From IMG/VR virus record IMGVR_UViG_3300045988_168500, positions 1 to 41,306 of that record: 41,306 bases of DNA. One strand, given 5' to 3'. Origin of the DNA: a virus. Made by a program: the position numbers and the translations under genes. Below are positions 1-7,322 of the stretch, piece after piece (within the stretch, counting starts at the first letter, position 1; every line of letters begins with the position of its first letter). Below the pieces are notes generated by a model. That model was not told where the DNA came from and made no database searches. It saw only the letters and a list, made by a program, of their open reading frames with translations.

Positions 1-55
1 AAGCAATATAACTATTGCATTAACAAATTAAAGTTAGGTGAAGTATTAGATTACA
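1..55. repeat. 55-bp terminal direct repeat, identical to 41252..41306 (circular-contig overlap)
   Basis: Read directly: bases 1-55 (aagcaatataactattgc...tattagattaca) recur exactly as the last 55 bases. The repeat lies inside a reading frame that continues across the junction. Confidence 0.95.
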
Positions 56-72
56 TAGGAGTTAAGTATTAG
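1..72 (+). CDS. C-terminal end of the PAPS-reductase-like gene that starts at 40448 (wraps the circular junction)
   Basis: Frame 1 reads KQYNYCINKLKLGEVLDYIGVKY*, which continues the open frame at the window end in phase. Stop TAG at 70-72. Confidence 0.8.
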   Translation, partial: KQYNYCINKLKLGEVLDYIGVKY

Positions 73-83
73 GAGGTGATTAA

Positions 84-197
84 TTGATATTAGCAAGATA
101 CAAAGAATTAGTCGAACTGGCTAAGAAATACATAGAAAAGGGATATAGCACATTGGAAGCAATTAAATTAGCTGAAAAGGAATTGGAGGAAGATTAA
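84..197 (+). CDS. small hypothetical protein (37 aa, TTG start)
   Basis: TTG start lies 7 nt after AGGAGG (71-76). Translation: ILARYKELVELAKKYIEKGYSTLEAIKLAEKELEED*. Its stop overlaps the next ATG (TAATG). Below the ORF-track size cutoff. Confidence 0.35.
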   Translation: MILARYKELVELAKKYIEKGYSTLEAIKLAEKELEED

Positions 198-574
198 TGG
201 AAGATAGAAAATTAGTATATCCAGCGATATACAAACATTTTAAAGGTAAATATTATGCAACTATGGGGATAAGTAAACCGATATCACCTGAAAAATTAGA
301 CGAGTATTGCTTGGATTACGATGTAGAAATTGCCGACATATTAGATTTATATTCTAGATACACAGAAGAAGATAAATACATACACATATTTAAGATAAAA
401 AACGAATGGTATCATTGGGATAGTGATTATGCAGATAAATTGGTATTATATAAAGCTTTATATAATGATATGGGAGCTTATGCTAGACCATATGATATGT
501 TTATGAGCGAAGTAGATAGAGATAAATATCCTAATGTAAAACAAAAGTATAGATTTGAATTAGTTAGATATTAG
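197..574 (+). CDS. DUF1653-family protein
   Basis: YKHFKGKYY...LVLYKALYND...ARPYDMF...YRFELV matches the DUF1653 pattern as I remember it. GGAGG RBS upstream. Confidence 0.7.
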   Translation: MEDRKLVYPAIYKHFKGKYYATMGISKPISPEKLDEYCLDYDVEIADILDLYSRYTEEDKYIHIFKIKNEWYHWDSDYADKLVLYKALYNDMGAYARPYDMFMSEVDRDKYPNVKQKYRFELVRY

Positions 575-584
575 GAGGGAAAAT

Positions 585-1127
585 ATGAAGAAAAATTACA
601 AAGTTATATTAATAATAGCTGCAATAGTAGTAGCATCTATAGGATTAGGTGTATTTATAGCACAAAACTCACAAAACAAAGCAATATCATTTGAAGAACA
701 AGTTGATAGTGCTAAATCAGATATAAATATACAAGAAAAACGTAGACAAGATTTATTATATAACCTAGCTGATTGTGTAAAAGAATACGATAAACACGAA
801 TCAGAAACTTTAAAAGATTTAGCTAAAGCAAGAACAACAGAAGATAATACAAAGAATGCAACAACAGTATTAAAAGCAGTAAGTGAAGCTTATCCAGAGT
901 TAAAATCAAATAAAAACTACAAAGAGTTTATGAATGAATTATCTACTACAGAAAATTTAATAGCACAATATAGAGAAAATTATAATCAAGCTATAAAAGA
1001 ATATAACAGATATGTAAAGAAATTCCCTGCGAGATTATTTTTAGATCTAACAGGATATGAAAAACAAAATTATACATATTTAAAATATAATGCATCAGAA
1101 GATGCACCTACTAATTTATTTGATTAG
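585..1127 (+). CDS. lemA: LemA family membrane protein
   Basis: N-terminal TM helix followed by LemA-like segments (EEQVDSAKSDINIQEKRRQDLLYNL, AYPELKSNKNYKEFMNELSTTENLIAQYRENYNQAIKEYN, FPARLF). AGGAGGG RBS. Confidence 0.85.
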   Translation: MKKNYKVILIIAAIVVASIGLGVFIAQNSQNKAISFEEQVDSAKSDINIQEKRRQDLLYNLADCVKEYDKHESETLKDLAKARTTEDNTKNATTVLKAVSEAYPELKSNKNYKEFMNELSTTENLIAQYRENYNQAIKEYNRYVKKFPARLFLDLTGYEKQNYTYLKYNASEDAPTNLFD

Positions 1128-1137
1128 AGGTGACATT

Positions 1138-1881
1138 ATGGAATTCGATAACAAATTTACTAAGAGAGAAATAATGTTTAGTATAGTTATCGTATTAGTT
1201 ATGTTAATGCTAGGGCTTATTATTAGCTCTAGTATTAATGACATAATATTAGATGAAAATACTAAATATACAAAAGCTATAGAGATAAACAATGACAAAG
1301 AATTATTTACTTATGGTATGAGAACAAATGTAGGTAATGCTTATGTATATGGAACACTTAATCATGTAGATACAGTATCGTACGATGCTATAAAAGACAA
1401 GGATTATGTATATATAGAAAAAGTAACACAGAGATATACCATGCATACTAGAAGAATAGCACATAAGAGTGGAAAGACAACATATTACACAACTCAGACA
1501 TATTGGACATGGGATACTATTAATAGAGAAAGTAAAATAGCTAAAGAAATTACATTTCTAAATCAAAAGTATAAAATAGATAAAATATCAAATATCATAG
1601 AGGATGAGTACATAGATACAATAAGCACTGGCTATCATCTAAGAGAAAAATACTATGGTGCTAAATTAAATAATGTTAAAGGCACTATATACTGCAGCTT
1701 AAAAAACAAAACAATAAATGATGCTACATTCTACAAAGAAATGAAAACTAAAGAATGTAAAGAAAATATGTTAAATGGTACAGTTTTACCTTTAATAGTA
1801 TTTTGGATATTATGGATTCTGTTAATTTGTGGTGTAGTTTATGGATTCGGAATGATAAACAATAAATGGTTAGAGGGGTAG
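1138..1881 (+). CDS. two-TM membrane protein partnered with LemA (N- and C-terminal TM helices, ~190-aa external domain)
   Basis: ATG at 1138 follows AGAGGTGA, so it is preferred over the track start at 1090. Hydrophobic helices IMFSIVIVLVMLMLGLIISS and VLPLIVFWILWILLICGVVYGF. Confidence 0.7.
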   Translation: MEFDNKFTKREIMFSIVIVLVMLMLGLIISSSINDIILDENTKYTKAIEINNDKELFTYGMRTNVGNAYVYGTLNHVDTVSYDAIKDKDYVYIEKVTQRYTMHTRRIAHKSGKTTYYTTQTYWTWDTINRESKIAKEITFLNQKYKIDKISNIIEDEYIDTISTGYHLREKYYGAKLNNVKGTIYCSLKNKTINDATFYKEMKTKECKENMLNGTVLPLIVFWILWILLICGVVYGFGMINNKWLEG

Positions 1882-1885
1882 AAAT

Positions 1886-2317
1886 ATGAGAGAAATAAAA
1901 TTCAGAGGGTATGACAAATTCGATAAAAGATGGGTTTATGGTTATGGATTACATCAATCAATTTTTATAGATGGTTCATCTAATGCATACGTAACAGCTG
2001 GTATTAGAAAAGTATTTATTGTAGATAAGGAAAGTGCTGGACAATATACAGGTTGTAAAGATGCTAACGACAAAGAAATATATGAGGGAGATATAGTGGA
2101 AATAGTTGATGGTCCAACTTTACATCCAGATAATTGTTATATAGGAACTAAATTTAAAGTGTTCTACAATCAAGAAAGTTGTAGTTTTATGATGCAAGAT
2201 ATATATGATGAAGATAATACACAATATTTTGATTTGGATTTAGGCGGGATACCTCCAAAATATTTAGAAGTAATAGGAAATATATACGAGAATAAAAACT
2301 TATTGGAGGAAGATTAA
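1886..2317 (+). CDS. YopX family protein
   Basis: MREIKFRGYDK..WVYGYG start and the C-terminal LEVIGNIYENKNLLE are both typical of YopX. Confidence 0.8.
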   Translation: MREIKFRGYDKFDKRWVYGYGLHQSIFIDGSSNAYVTAGIRKVFIVDKESAGQYTGCKDANDKEIYEGDIVEIVDGPTLHPDNCYIGTKFKVFYNQESCSFMMQDIYDEDNTQYFDLDLGGIPPKYLEVIGNIYENKNLLEED

Positions 2318-2484
2318 TGGAAGACAGAAAAGAATCAATAAAAAAAGCATTACTAACAATAAAAAAAGAATGCAGTAGCAATGAAGATTGTGAAGGTTGC
2401 TCAATATCTAAGGTATTAGGATATAGTTGCCAAGAGGTAGCTATTCCAGAAGAATGGGAAATAGAAAGGGAAAAAGATGAATAG
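2317..2484 (+). CDS. small Cys-rich hypothetical protein (55 aa)
   Basis: TAATG coupling to YopX. Translation: MEDRKESIKKALLTIKKECSSNEDCEGCSISKVLGYSCQEVAIPEEWEIEREKDE*. Below the track cutoff. Confidence 0.45.
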   Translation: MEDRKESIKKALLTIKKECSSNEDCEGCSISKVLGYSCQEVAIPEEWEIEREKDE

Positions 2485-2551
2485 AGCAATAGCGGATGCA
2501 ATAATCATATTTGTTATAAGTTTGTGGATAGTAAGTAGATTATGCATGTAA

Positions 2552-2772
2552 AATACAAATTCAGATGCAGAAGGAAAATTATATAATTATAATTCTATGA
2601 AAATAATGGCAAAAAGAATATGGGGCATATAGTCTTTATGACTGAAGAGTTTAAGATAATTTGGAATGACAATAGTTATTTACGTTTAAATAAGATAAGA
2701 TTTTGGTCAAACTTAAAAAAAATAGAAGTAATCGGAAATATATAGGGAGACCCAAAAATATTTAAAGAGGGG
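2552..2772 (+). pseudogene. decayed second YopX copy (C-terminal remnant)
   Basis: ORF 2638-2745 reads ..FKIIWNDNSYLRL..IEVIGNI*, paralleling FKVFYNQESCSF..LEVIGNIYEN of the intact copy. Upstream DAEGKLYNY resembles DANDKEIYEG but is in another frame. No RBS. Confidence 0.45.
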
Positions 2773-2779
2773 AAATAAG

Positions 2780-3247
2780 ATGGAGACAACAGATAAAAAG
2801 AAAGGCAAAGGGGATAAACAGTTTAAAAAGGCAGAACGAAAGCTATATGACTATACAGGACTAAAAGCTGATGTAGAGTGTCTAGAATATGAGTTAATAA
2901 TATTAAAAGAAGAATACAATGGTTGTAAAGCTATTACATATACATCAGAAACAACAGGTGTAACAAATAACATAACAGATACAGTATATGAAGAATTAAT
3001 AAGAAAAGAAAAAGACATACTGGATAAAACTAAAAAGATTAATAAGAAGAAGATACAAATAAAAAGAGTAGAAGCTGCAATCAGTCTATTAGATGAGACA
3101 GAAAAGAAAATAGTAGAAGCTAGATATTTTAGCAATGATAGAAGAAAAAACAACTGGAATCATATAGCTAAATTAACTGGTTACTGCGATAGACAATGTG
3201 TAAATATAAGAGATAATTTAATAGAAAAAATAAAGAATAGATTATAG
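2780..3247 (+). CDS. ArpU/RinA-type phage late transcriptional regulator (sigma region-4-like C-terminus)
   Basis: 155 aa. It sits upstream of the packaging module. ERKLYDYTGLKADVECLEYEL plus a C-terminal HTH-like segment (EKKIVEARYFS...NWNHIAKLTGYCDRQC) support the call. Confidence 0.65.
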   Translation: METTDKKKGKGDKQFKKAERKLYDYTGLKADVECLEYELIILKEEYNGCKAITYTSETTGVTNNITDTVYEELIRKEKDILDKTKKINKKKIQIKRVEAAISLLDETEKKIVEARYFSNDRRKNNWNHIAKLTGYCDRQCVNIRDNLIEKIKNRL

Positions 3248-3259
3248 GGGAATGAAAAA

Positions 3260-3300
3260 ATTCAGAAGGATTTCAGAATTATTTCAGAAATATTTCAGAA
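3260..3300 (+). promoter_or_regulatory. four helically phased repeats (T)TTCAGAA with exact 11-bp period
   Basis: TTCAGAA starts at 3261, 3272, 3283 and 3294, immediately after the ArpU-like stop (3245-3247). Confidence 0.6.
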
Positions 3301-3370
3301 AACATATGTTACACTTATATTGTAGATAAATATTCAAATACCCCAAGAATCATGAATGATGTTTTAAAAA

Positions 3371-3407
3371 GGCTGATGTACTTCGATTGATATACATCAG
3401 CCTTTTT
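3371..3407 (+). terminator. rho-independent terminator
   Basis: GGCTGATGTA (3371-3380) pairs with TACATCAGCC (3393-3402), followed by TTTTT. Confidence 0.75.
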
Positions 3408-3432
3408 ATGTTCATTTAAAGGAGTGAAAGAA

Positions 3433-3810
3433 ATGGGTAAATATATAGATATAAATAAAGTATTAGAAGCAACTATAGAAGTACCTCAAAAATATTGGGA
3501 AGTGGAAGAACTCATGAGAGAGAAACCAAATTTTGATAAGTCTGTAGGATCTAAGAAAATATATGAAAGAAAAGAATATGCTATATATAAAGTAAAGCAT
3601 GGATATATAGTACATAATACTAAGAAAAACTTTGAGGAAGGACATACACATATACATAACTATAACAAAGCTAAAAGTATAATAGATTTAGCTGTAAGAA
3701 AGAAGACACCTAACACACCAAGACAATGGGAGATAGAATGTTTATTAAGAATAGTTAAAGATGAAAAATATAAAAAAAAATTAAGAAGCTTATTATTAGA
3801 ATTAAAATAA
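3433..3810 (+). CDS. hypothetical protein
   Basis: ATG at 3433 lies about 8 nt after AAAGGAG; the track start is GTG 3424. No family recognised. Confidence 0.6.
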   Translation: MGKYIDINKVLEATIEVPQKYWEVEELMREKPNFDKSVGSKKIYERKEYAIYKVKHGYIVHNTKKNFEEGHTHIHNYNKAKSIIDLAVRKKTPNTPRQWEIECLLRIVKDEKYKKKLRSLLLELK

Positions 3811-3875
3811 ATGTTGCGAATATTAATATAAGCAGATACTCTTTAATTAAGATTAATAACTAAAGGAGTGAGTTT

Positions 3876-4391
3876 ATGGGAAATATAAAAAGATTATTAG
3901 TAGTATTATTAGTATGTATGATATCTATTGGATGTGTTGCTTGTAGTGGAACAACATCAGAAGACAGCAAGGTTAACCTAGAAGATATGACAGGTTCAGA
4001 GAAAGTTGATTACTTTATAACAAAAGGAAGAAATGATTATGAAGCTGTAAAGAATGATGATGATAAGTTGACTGACTTAGGGGTACAATATATAAAAGAT
4101 ATTGGTGAATATGTAGATAACAAGAGCCAGTTTGATAGTAATGACAACATGGAAGATATAATGACAAAAGGTAGCTTTCTAGAACAGTATGGAAAAGATA
4201 AAATGGAAATGTTTAAAACATCAGGACAAGAAGATAGTAACGGATATAAAACGGCTAAAGAAGTTAACTCTTTAGGAATGAATGCAGTGCAAATGGTTAA
4301 GTATGTTTATAGAGAAGCTGAAACAAAAGAAGATGACTCTACAAAAGCAAATATAAAACAAGTAAAAGAGAGTCTAGAACAATTACAATAA
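3876..4391 (+). CDS. lipoprotein (possible superinfection-exclusion moron)
   Basis: Signal peptide MGNIKRLLVVLLVCMISIGC with a lipobox-like ISIGC, then an acidic soluble domain. AAAGGAG RBS. Confidence 0.7.
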   Translation: MGNIKRLLVVLLVCMISIGCVACSGTTSEDSKVNLEDMTGSEKVDYFITKGRNDYEAVKNDDDKLTDLGVQYIKDIGEYVDNKSQFDSNDNMEDIMTKGSFLEQYGKDKMEMFKTSGQEDSNGYKTAKEVNSLGMNAVQMVKYVYREAETKEDDSTKANIKQVKESLEQLQ

Positions 4392-4403
4392 TATATGATA
4401 TAT

Positions 4404-4443
4404 AAAGGATCTTATTATAATTAATGAGGTCCTTTATTATTTA
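4404..4443 (+). terminator. probable terminator
   Basis: AAAGGATCTT (4404-4413) pairs with GAGGTCCTTT (4427-4436, with G-U pairs), followed by a T-rich tail. Confidence 0.5.
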
Positions 4444-4456
4444 GGAGGAAAGATAA

Positions 4457-4723
4457 ATGAGACAGGAATTAGAGGACTTAAGGTATGCACTTAATGAGAT
4501 AATAGGCGAGTTAAGATATGCATTTAATACAATGATAGATGAGTTTAAAAAATGTATAAGTACTATTATAAATATATCATTAGAATTAGAATCAACGCGT
4601 AAAAAACTAAAAGAGCATAAAGATAATTATAGATTGTTTAGACATAGATATAGAAAGACTAATGCATTAAATAGTCAAGTGTATAATAGGAAACGTATAT
4701 GTAGATGTAGGAGTAATATCTAA
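4457..4723 (+). CDS. hypothetical protein (coiled-coil N-terminus, basic C-terminus)
   Basis: AGGAGG RBS. Ends 1 nt before the HNH gene start. Confidence 0.55.
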   Translation: MRQELEDLRYALNEIIGELRYAFNTMIDEFKKCISTIINISLELESTRKKLKEHKDNYRLFRHRYRKTNALNSQVYNRKRICRCRSNI

Positions 4724-4724
4724 G

Positions 4725-5069
4725 ATGGTAAAGAACTTAGAACAATGGATAAATGAATTGATAAAAGATAAAGAGTTATGGAAGTTCTATAAGTCAAAAG
4801 AGTTTAGACATCTAAAGAAAGAAGTATTAAGAGAGCAGCATTATGAATGTCAAGAATGTAAAAGGCTTGGAAAGATAACTAAAGCTGATACAGTACATCA
4901 TGTTCAGCATGTTAGAAAGCATCCAGAGTTGGCACTATCGAAGTATTATACATATCAAGGTAAACAATATAGAAATTTAATTGCTGTTTGTAAGTCTTGT
5001 CACAATAAGCTTCACCCAGAAAAGCATAAACCTAAAAAAGATATATTTATTAACGAAGAACGTTGGTAA
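4725..5069 (+). CDS. HNH endonuclease (terminase-associated)
   Basis: CQECKR...VHHVQHV...CKSCHNKLH is an HNH/zinc-finger motif. The gene sits directly upstream of TerS. Confidence 0.85.
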   Translation: MVKNLEQWINELIKDKELWKFYKSKEFRHLKKEVLREQHYECQECKRLGKITKADTVHHVQHVRKHPELALSKYYTYQGKQYRNLIAVCKSCHNKLHPEKHKPKKDIFINEERW

Positions 5070-5072
5070 TAT

Positions 5073-5154
5073 ACCCCCCACTCCCCTATATGGGGTAAAT
5101 TTTTTGGGGGACGTTTCAACGGAGGGGGGAGTAGACAAACGAAAAAAAACTCCC
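5073..5154. other. G/C-tract island; candidate cos / terminase recognition region
   Basis: C6 run 5074-5079. ACTCCCC (5080-5086) is inverted to GGGGAGT (5126-5132). CCCC-TATAT-GGGG hairpin at 5083-5095. G5 run 5106-5110, G6 run 5124-5129, ACTCCC again at 5149-5154. Lies between HNH and TerS. Confidence 0.5.
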
Positions 5155-5191
5155 TAAATGAAAATTTGAATTAAAATAAGGAGGTGAGAAT

Positions 5192-5656
5192 ATGGTGAGG
5201 CCAAGAGAACCAATAAAGTTGATTCAAGCTAAAGGTAAAAAACATCTTACAAAAGACGAAATTGAAAAAAGAACGAATGAAGAATTAGATGTAAATTTGA
5301 AAAACATAAAACCACCAACTTATTTAACAGCTGCAGAAAAAAAGACATTTGAACAAATATCAGAAAAACTTTTATCAGTGGGAATAATGACCGAATTAGA
5401 TGAAGATTGTTTAGCACGATATATAATAGCAAGGAGATTATATATTGAATATACAAAGACATTAACAACTATGATAAAAAAACATAAAAAAGAAGAAGAG
5501 GAAATTGATATTGATGATATAAATAAAATGCAAAATATGCAAGATAAAGTATTTAAACAGTGTCAAAGTAGTGCCAGGGACTTAGGATTAACTATAAGTA
5601 GTAGATGCAAGTTGATAGTACCTAAGTTAGAAGAAGATGATGACGATGAGTTATAA
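5192..5656 (+). CDS. terS: terminase small subunit (P27-family-like)
   Basis: 154 aa. MVRPREPIKL..KGKKHLTKDEIEKR and an acidic C-terminus. Overlaps the TerL start. AAGGAGGTGA RBS. Confidence 0.8.
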   Translation: MVRPREPIKLIQAKGKKHLTKDEIEKRTNEELDVNLKNIKPPTYLTAAEKKTFEQISEKLLSVGIMTELDEDCLARYIIARRLYIEYTKTLTTMIKKHKKEEEEIDIDDINKMQNMQDKVFKQCQSSARDLGLTISSRCKLIVPKLEEDDDDEL

Positions 5657-7295
5657 ATATATACAAGAATATTTGGATATTATAGATAATGATATAATTC
5701 CTGTTTGTAAAGAACAAAAGTTATTATCCAAATTTATAAAAAATATATTTGCGACAGAAAATCTTATTATAGATGATGAAAAAGTAGAAAAATATTTTTC
5801 ATATCAGAAATATTTCCCTTTTGATTTATTCCCATGGGAAAAATTTTGTTTTATATTGCATAATTGTGTATTTAAAGCAAATGGATTGCCAAGGTTTGCA
5901 GATTTATTTATTTTAGTTGGTCGTGGCTCAGGGAAAAATGCTTATTTAGCATATGAGGATTTTTGTCTAGTTACTCCGACAAATGGAATAAAAGAATATG
6001 ACATAGATATATCAGCAAATAGTGAGGACCAAGCAAAAACTACTTTTATGGATATTTATAATATATTAGAAGATCCTAAGCTAACAAAAAAAATGAAGAA
6101 AAATTTTTACTGGAATAAAGAAGAAATTATAAATCTTAAGACTAAAAGTAAAATTAAATTCAGGACTAATAATCCAAAAGGAAAAGATGGATTAAGAAGT
6201 GGTAAAGTTGACTTTGATGAGATACATGCTTATCAAAATTGGGAAAATATAAATGTATTTACTACAGGACTAGGGAAAAAAGACCATCCAAGACGAACAT
6301 ATATAACAACTAACGGAGATGTAAGAGATGGGCCATTAGATAATTTATTAGAAAAAGCAATGTTAATCTTAAATGGAGAGGTTGAAGATAATGGATTTTT
6401 ACCTTTTATTTGTAGATTAGATGATGAAGAAGAGGTCCATGATTCTAATAATTGGGCAAAGGCTAATCCTAGTTTACCTTATAGACCTTCTCTTATGGAA
6501 CAAATGAAGAAAGAATATGAAGATTATAAGATAAATCCTTATGTAAATAGTGCATTTATGACTAAAAGAATGAATATCCCAAAAGGAAGTAAAGACATAG
6601 AAGTTACTACATGGGAAAATATATTAGCAACAAATAAAGAAATACCTAACTTAGACTTAGAAGGTGCAAGCTGCACTATAGGAATAGATTACACAAAAGT
6701 TAATGACATGATGAGTGCAGGATTACTTTTTTTAAAAGGTGGAGTATACTATTGGATAACTCATAGCTGGTTTTGCACTAATTCTAGAGACAAAGATAGG
6801 ATAAAAGCACCTTTAGAACAATGGGCAAGTCAAGGGCTATTAACAATCATAGATGATATTGAAATTAACCCGGATATGGCTACAGAATGGATACAAGAGC
6901 AATTAATTAAGTATAATTTTTTAAAATTAGGAGTAGATAATTTTAGACTTGCATTACTAAGTAAATCTATAAAGAATATTGGTATAGATTCAAGTGATAA
7001 AGAACAGGTTAAAATAATTAGGCCAAGTGACATTATGAAGATTGTACCAGTTATAGATAGTTTATTTAATAATCATCAAATTGTATGGGGGGATAATCCT
7101 CTAATGAGATGGTTTACAAATAATACAAAGTTAACTGATAAGACTTTAGGTAACTATGTATATGATAAGATAGAGCCCAAAAGTAGAAAAACAGATGGAT
7201 TTATGGCTTTTGTTCATGCTATGATTGCGGCACAAGATTTATTGGAGGATGAAGATGATAATACTCTATACTTCGCGGATCCAATTGTATTTTAA
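5637..7295 (+). CDS. terL: terminase large subunit
   Basis: 552 aa. P-loop-like LVGRGSGKNAY, Walker-B-like GKVDFDEIHAY, and a C-terminal nuclease-type region. Start could be 5637, 5640 or 5646. Confidence 0.9.
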   Translation: MMTMSYKYIQEYLDIIDNDIIPVCKEQKLLSKFIKNIFATENLIIDDEKVEKYFSYQKYFPFDLFPWEKFCFILHNCVFKANGLPRFADLFILVGRGSGKNAYLAYEDFCLVTPTNGIKEYDIDISANSEDQAKTTFMDIYNILEDPKLTKKMKKNFYWNKEEIINLKTKSKIKFRTNNPKGKDGLRSGKVDFDEIHAYQNWENINVFTTGLGKKDHPRRTYITTNGDVRDGPLDNLLEKAMLILNGEVEDNGFLPFICRLDDEEEVHDSNNWAKANPSLPYRPSLMEQMKKEYEDYKINPYVNSAFMTKRMNIPKGSKDIEVTTWENILATNKEIPNLDLEGASCTIGIDYTKVNDMMSAGLLFLKGGVYYWITHSWFCTNSRDKDRIKAPLEQWASQGLLTIIDDIEINPDMATEWIQEQLIKYNFLKLGVDNFRLALLSKSIKNIGIDSSDKEQVKIIRPSDIMKIVPVIDSLFNNHQIVWGDNPLMRWFTNNTKLTDKTLGNYVYDKIEPKSRKTDGFMAFVHAMIAAQDLLEDEDDNTLYFADPIVF

Positions 7296-7322
7296 GGAGG
7301 TGAATAAAGAGGTGAGAAAATT

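Noticed and set aside
1-55. Physical direct terminal repeat of the virion DNA
   Set aside because: The repeat is exactly 55 bp, lies inside a coding frame, and sits far from the HNH/terminase-adjacent cos-like island. It is more consistent with an assembly overlap of a circular contig.
1090-1137. Track start at 1090 for the LemA-partner gene (and similar upstream alternative starts at 3424, 8479, 25242 and 34052)
   Set aside because: Downstream ATGs have properly spaced Shine-Dalgarno sequences. The upstream starts overlap the preceding gene or sit directly on the RBS.
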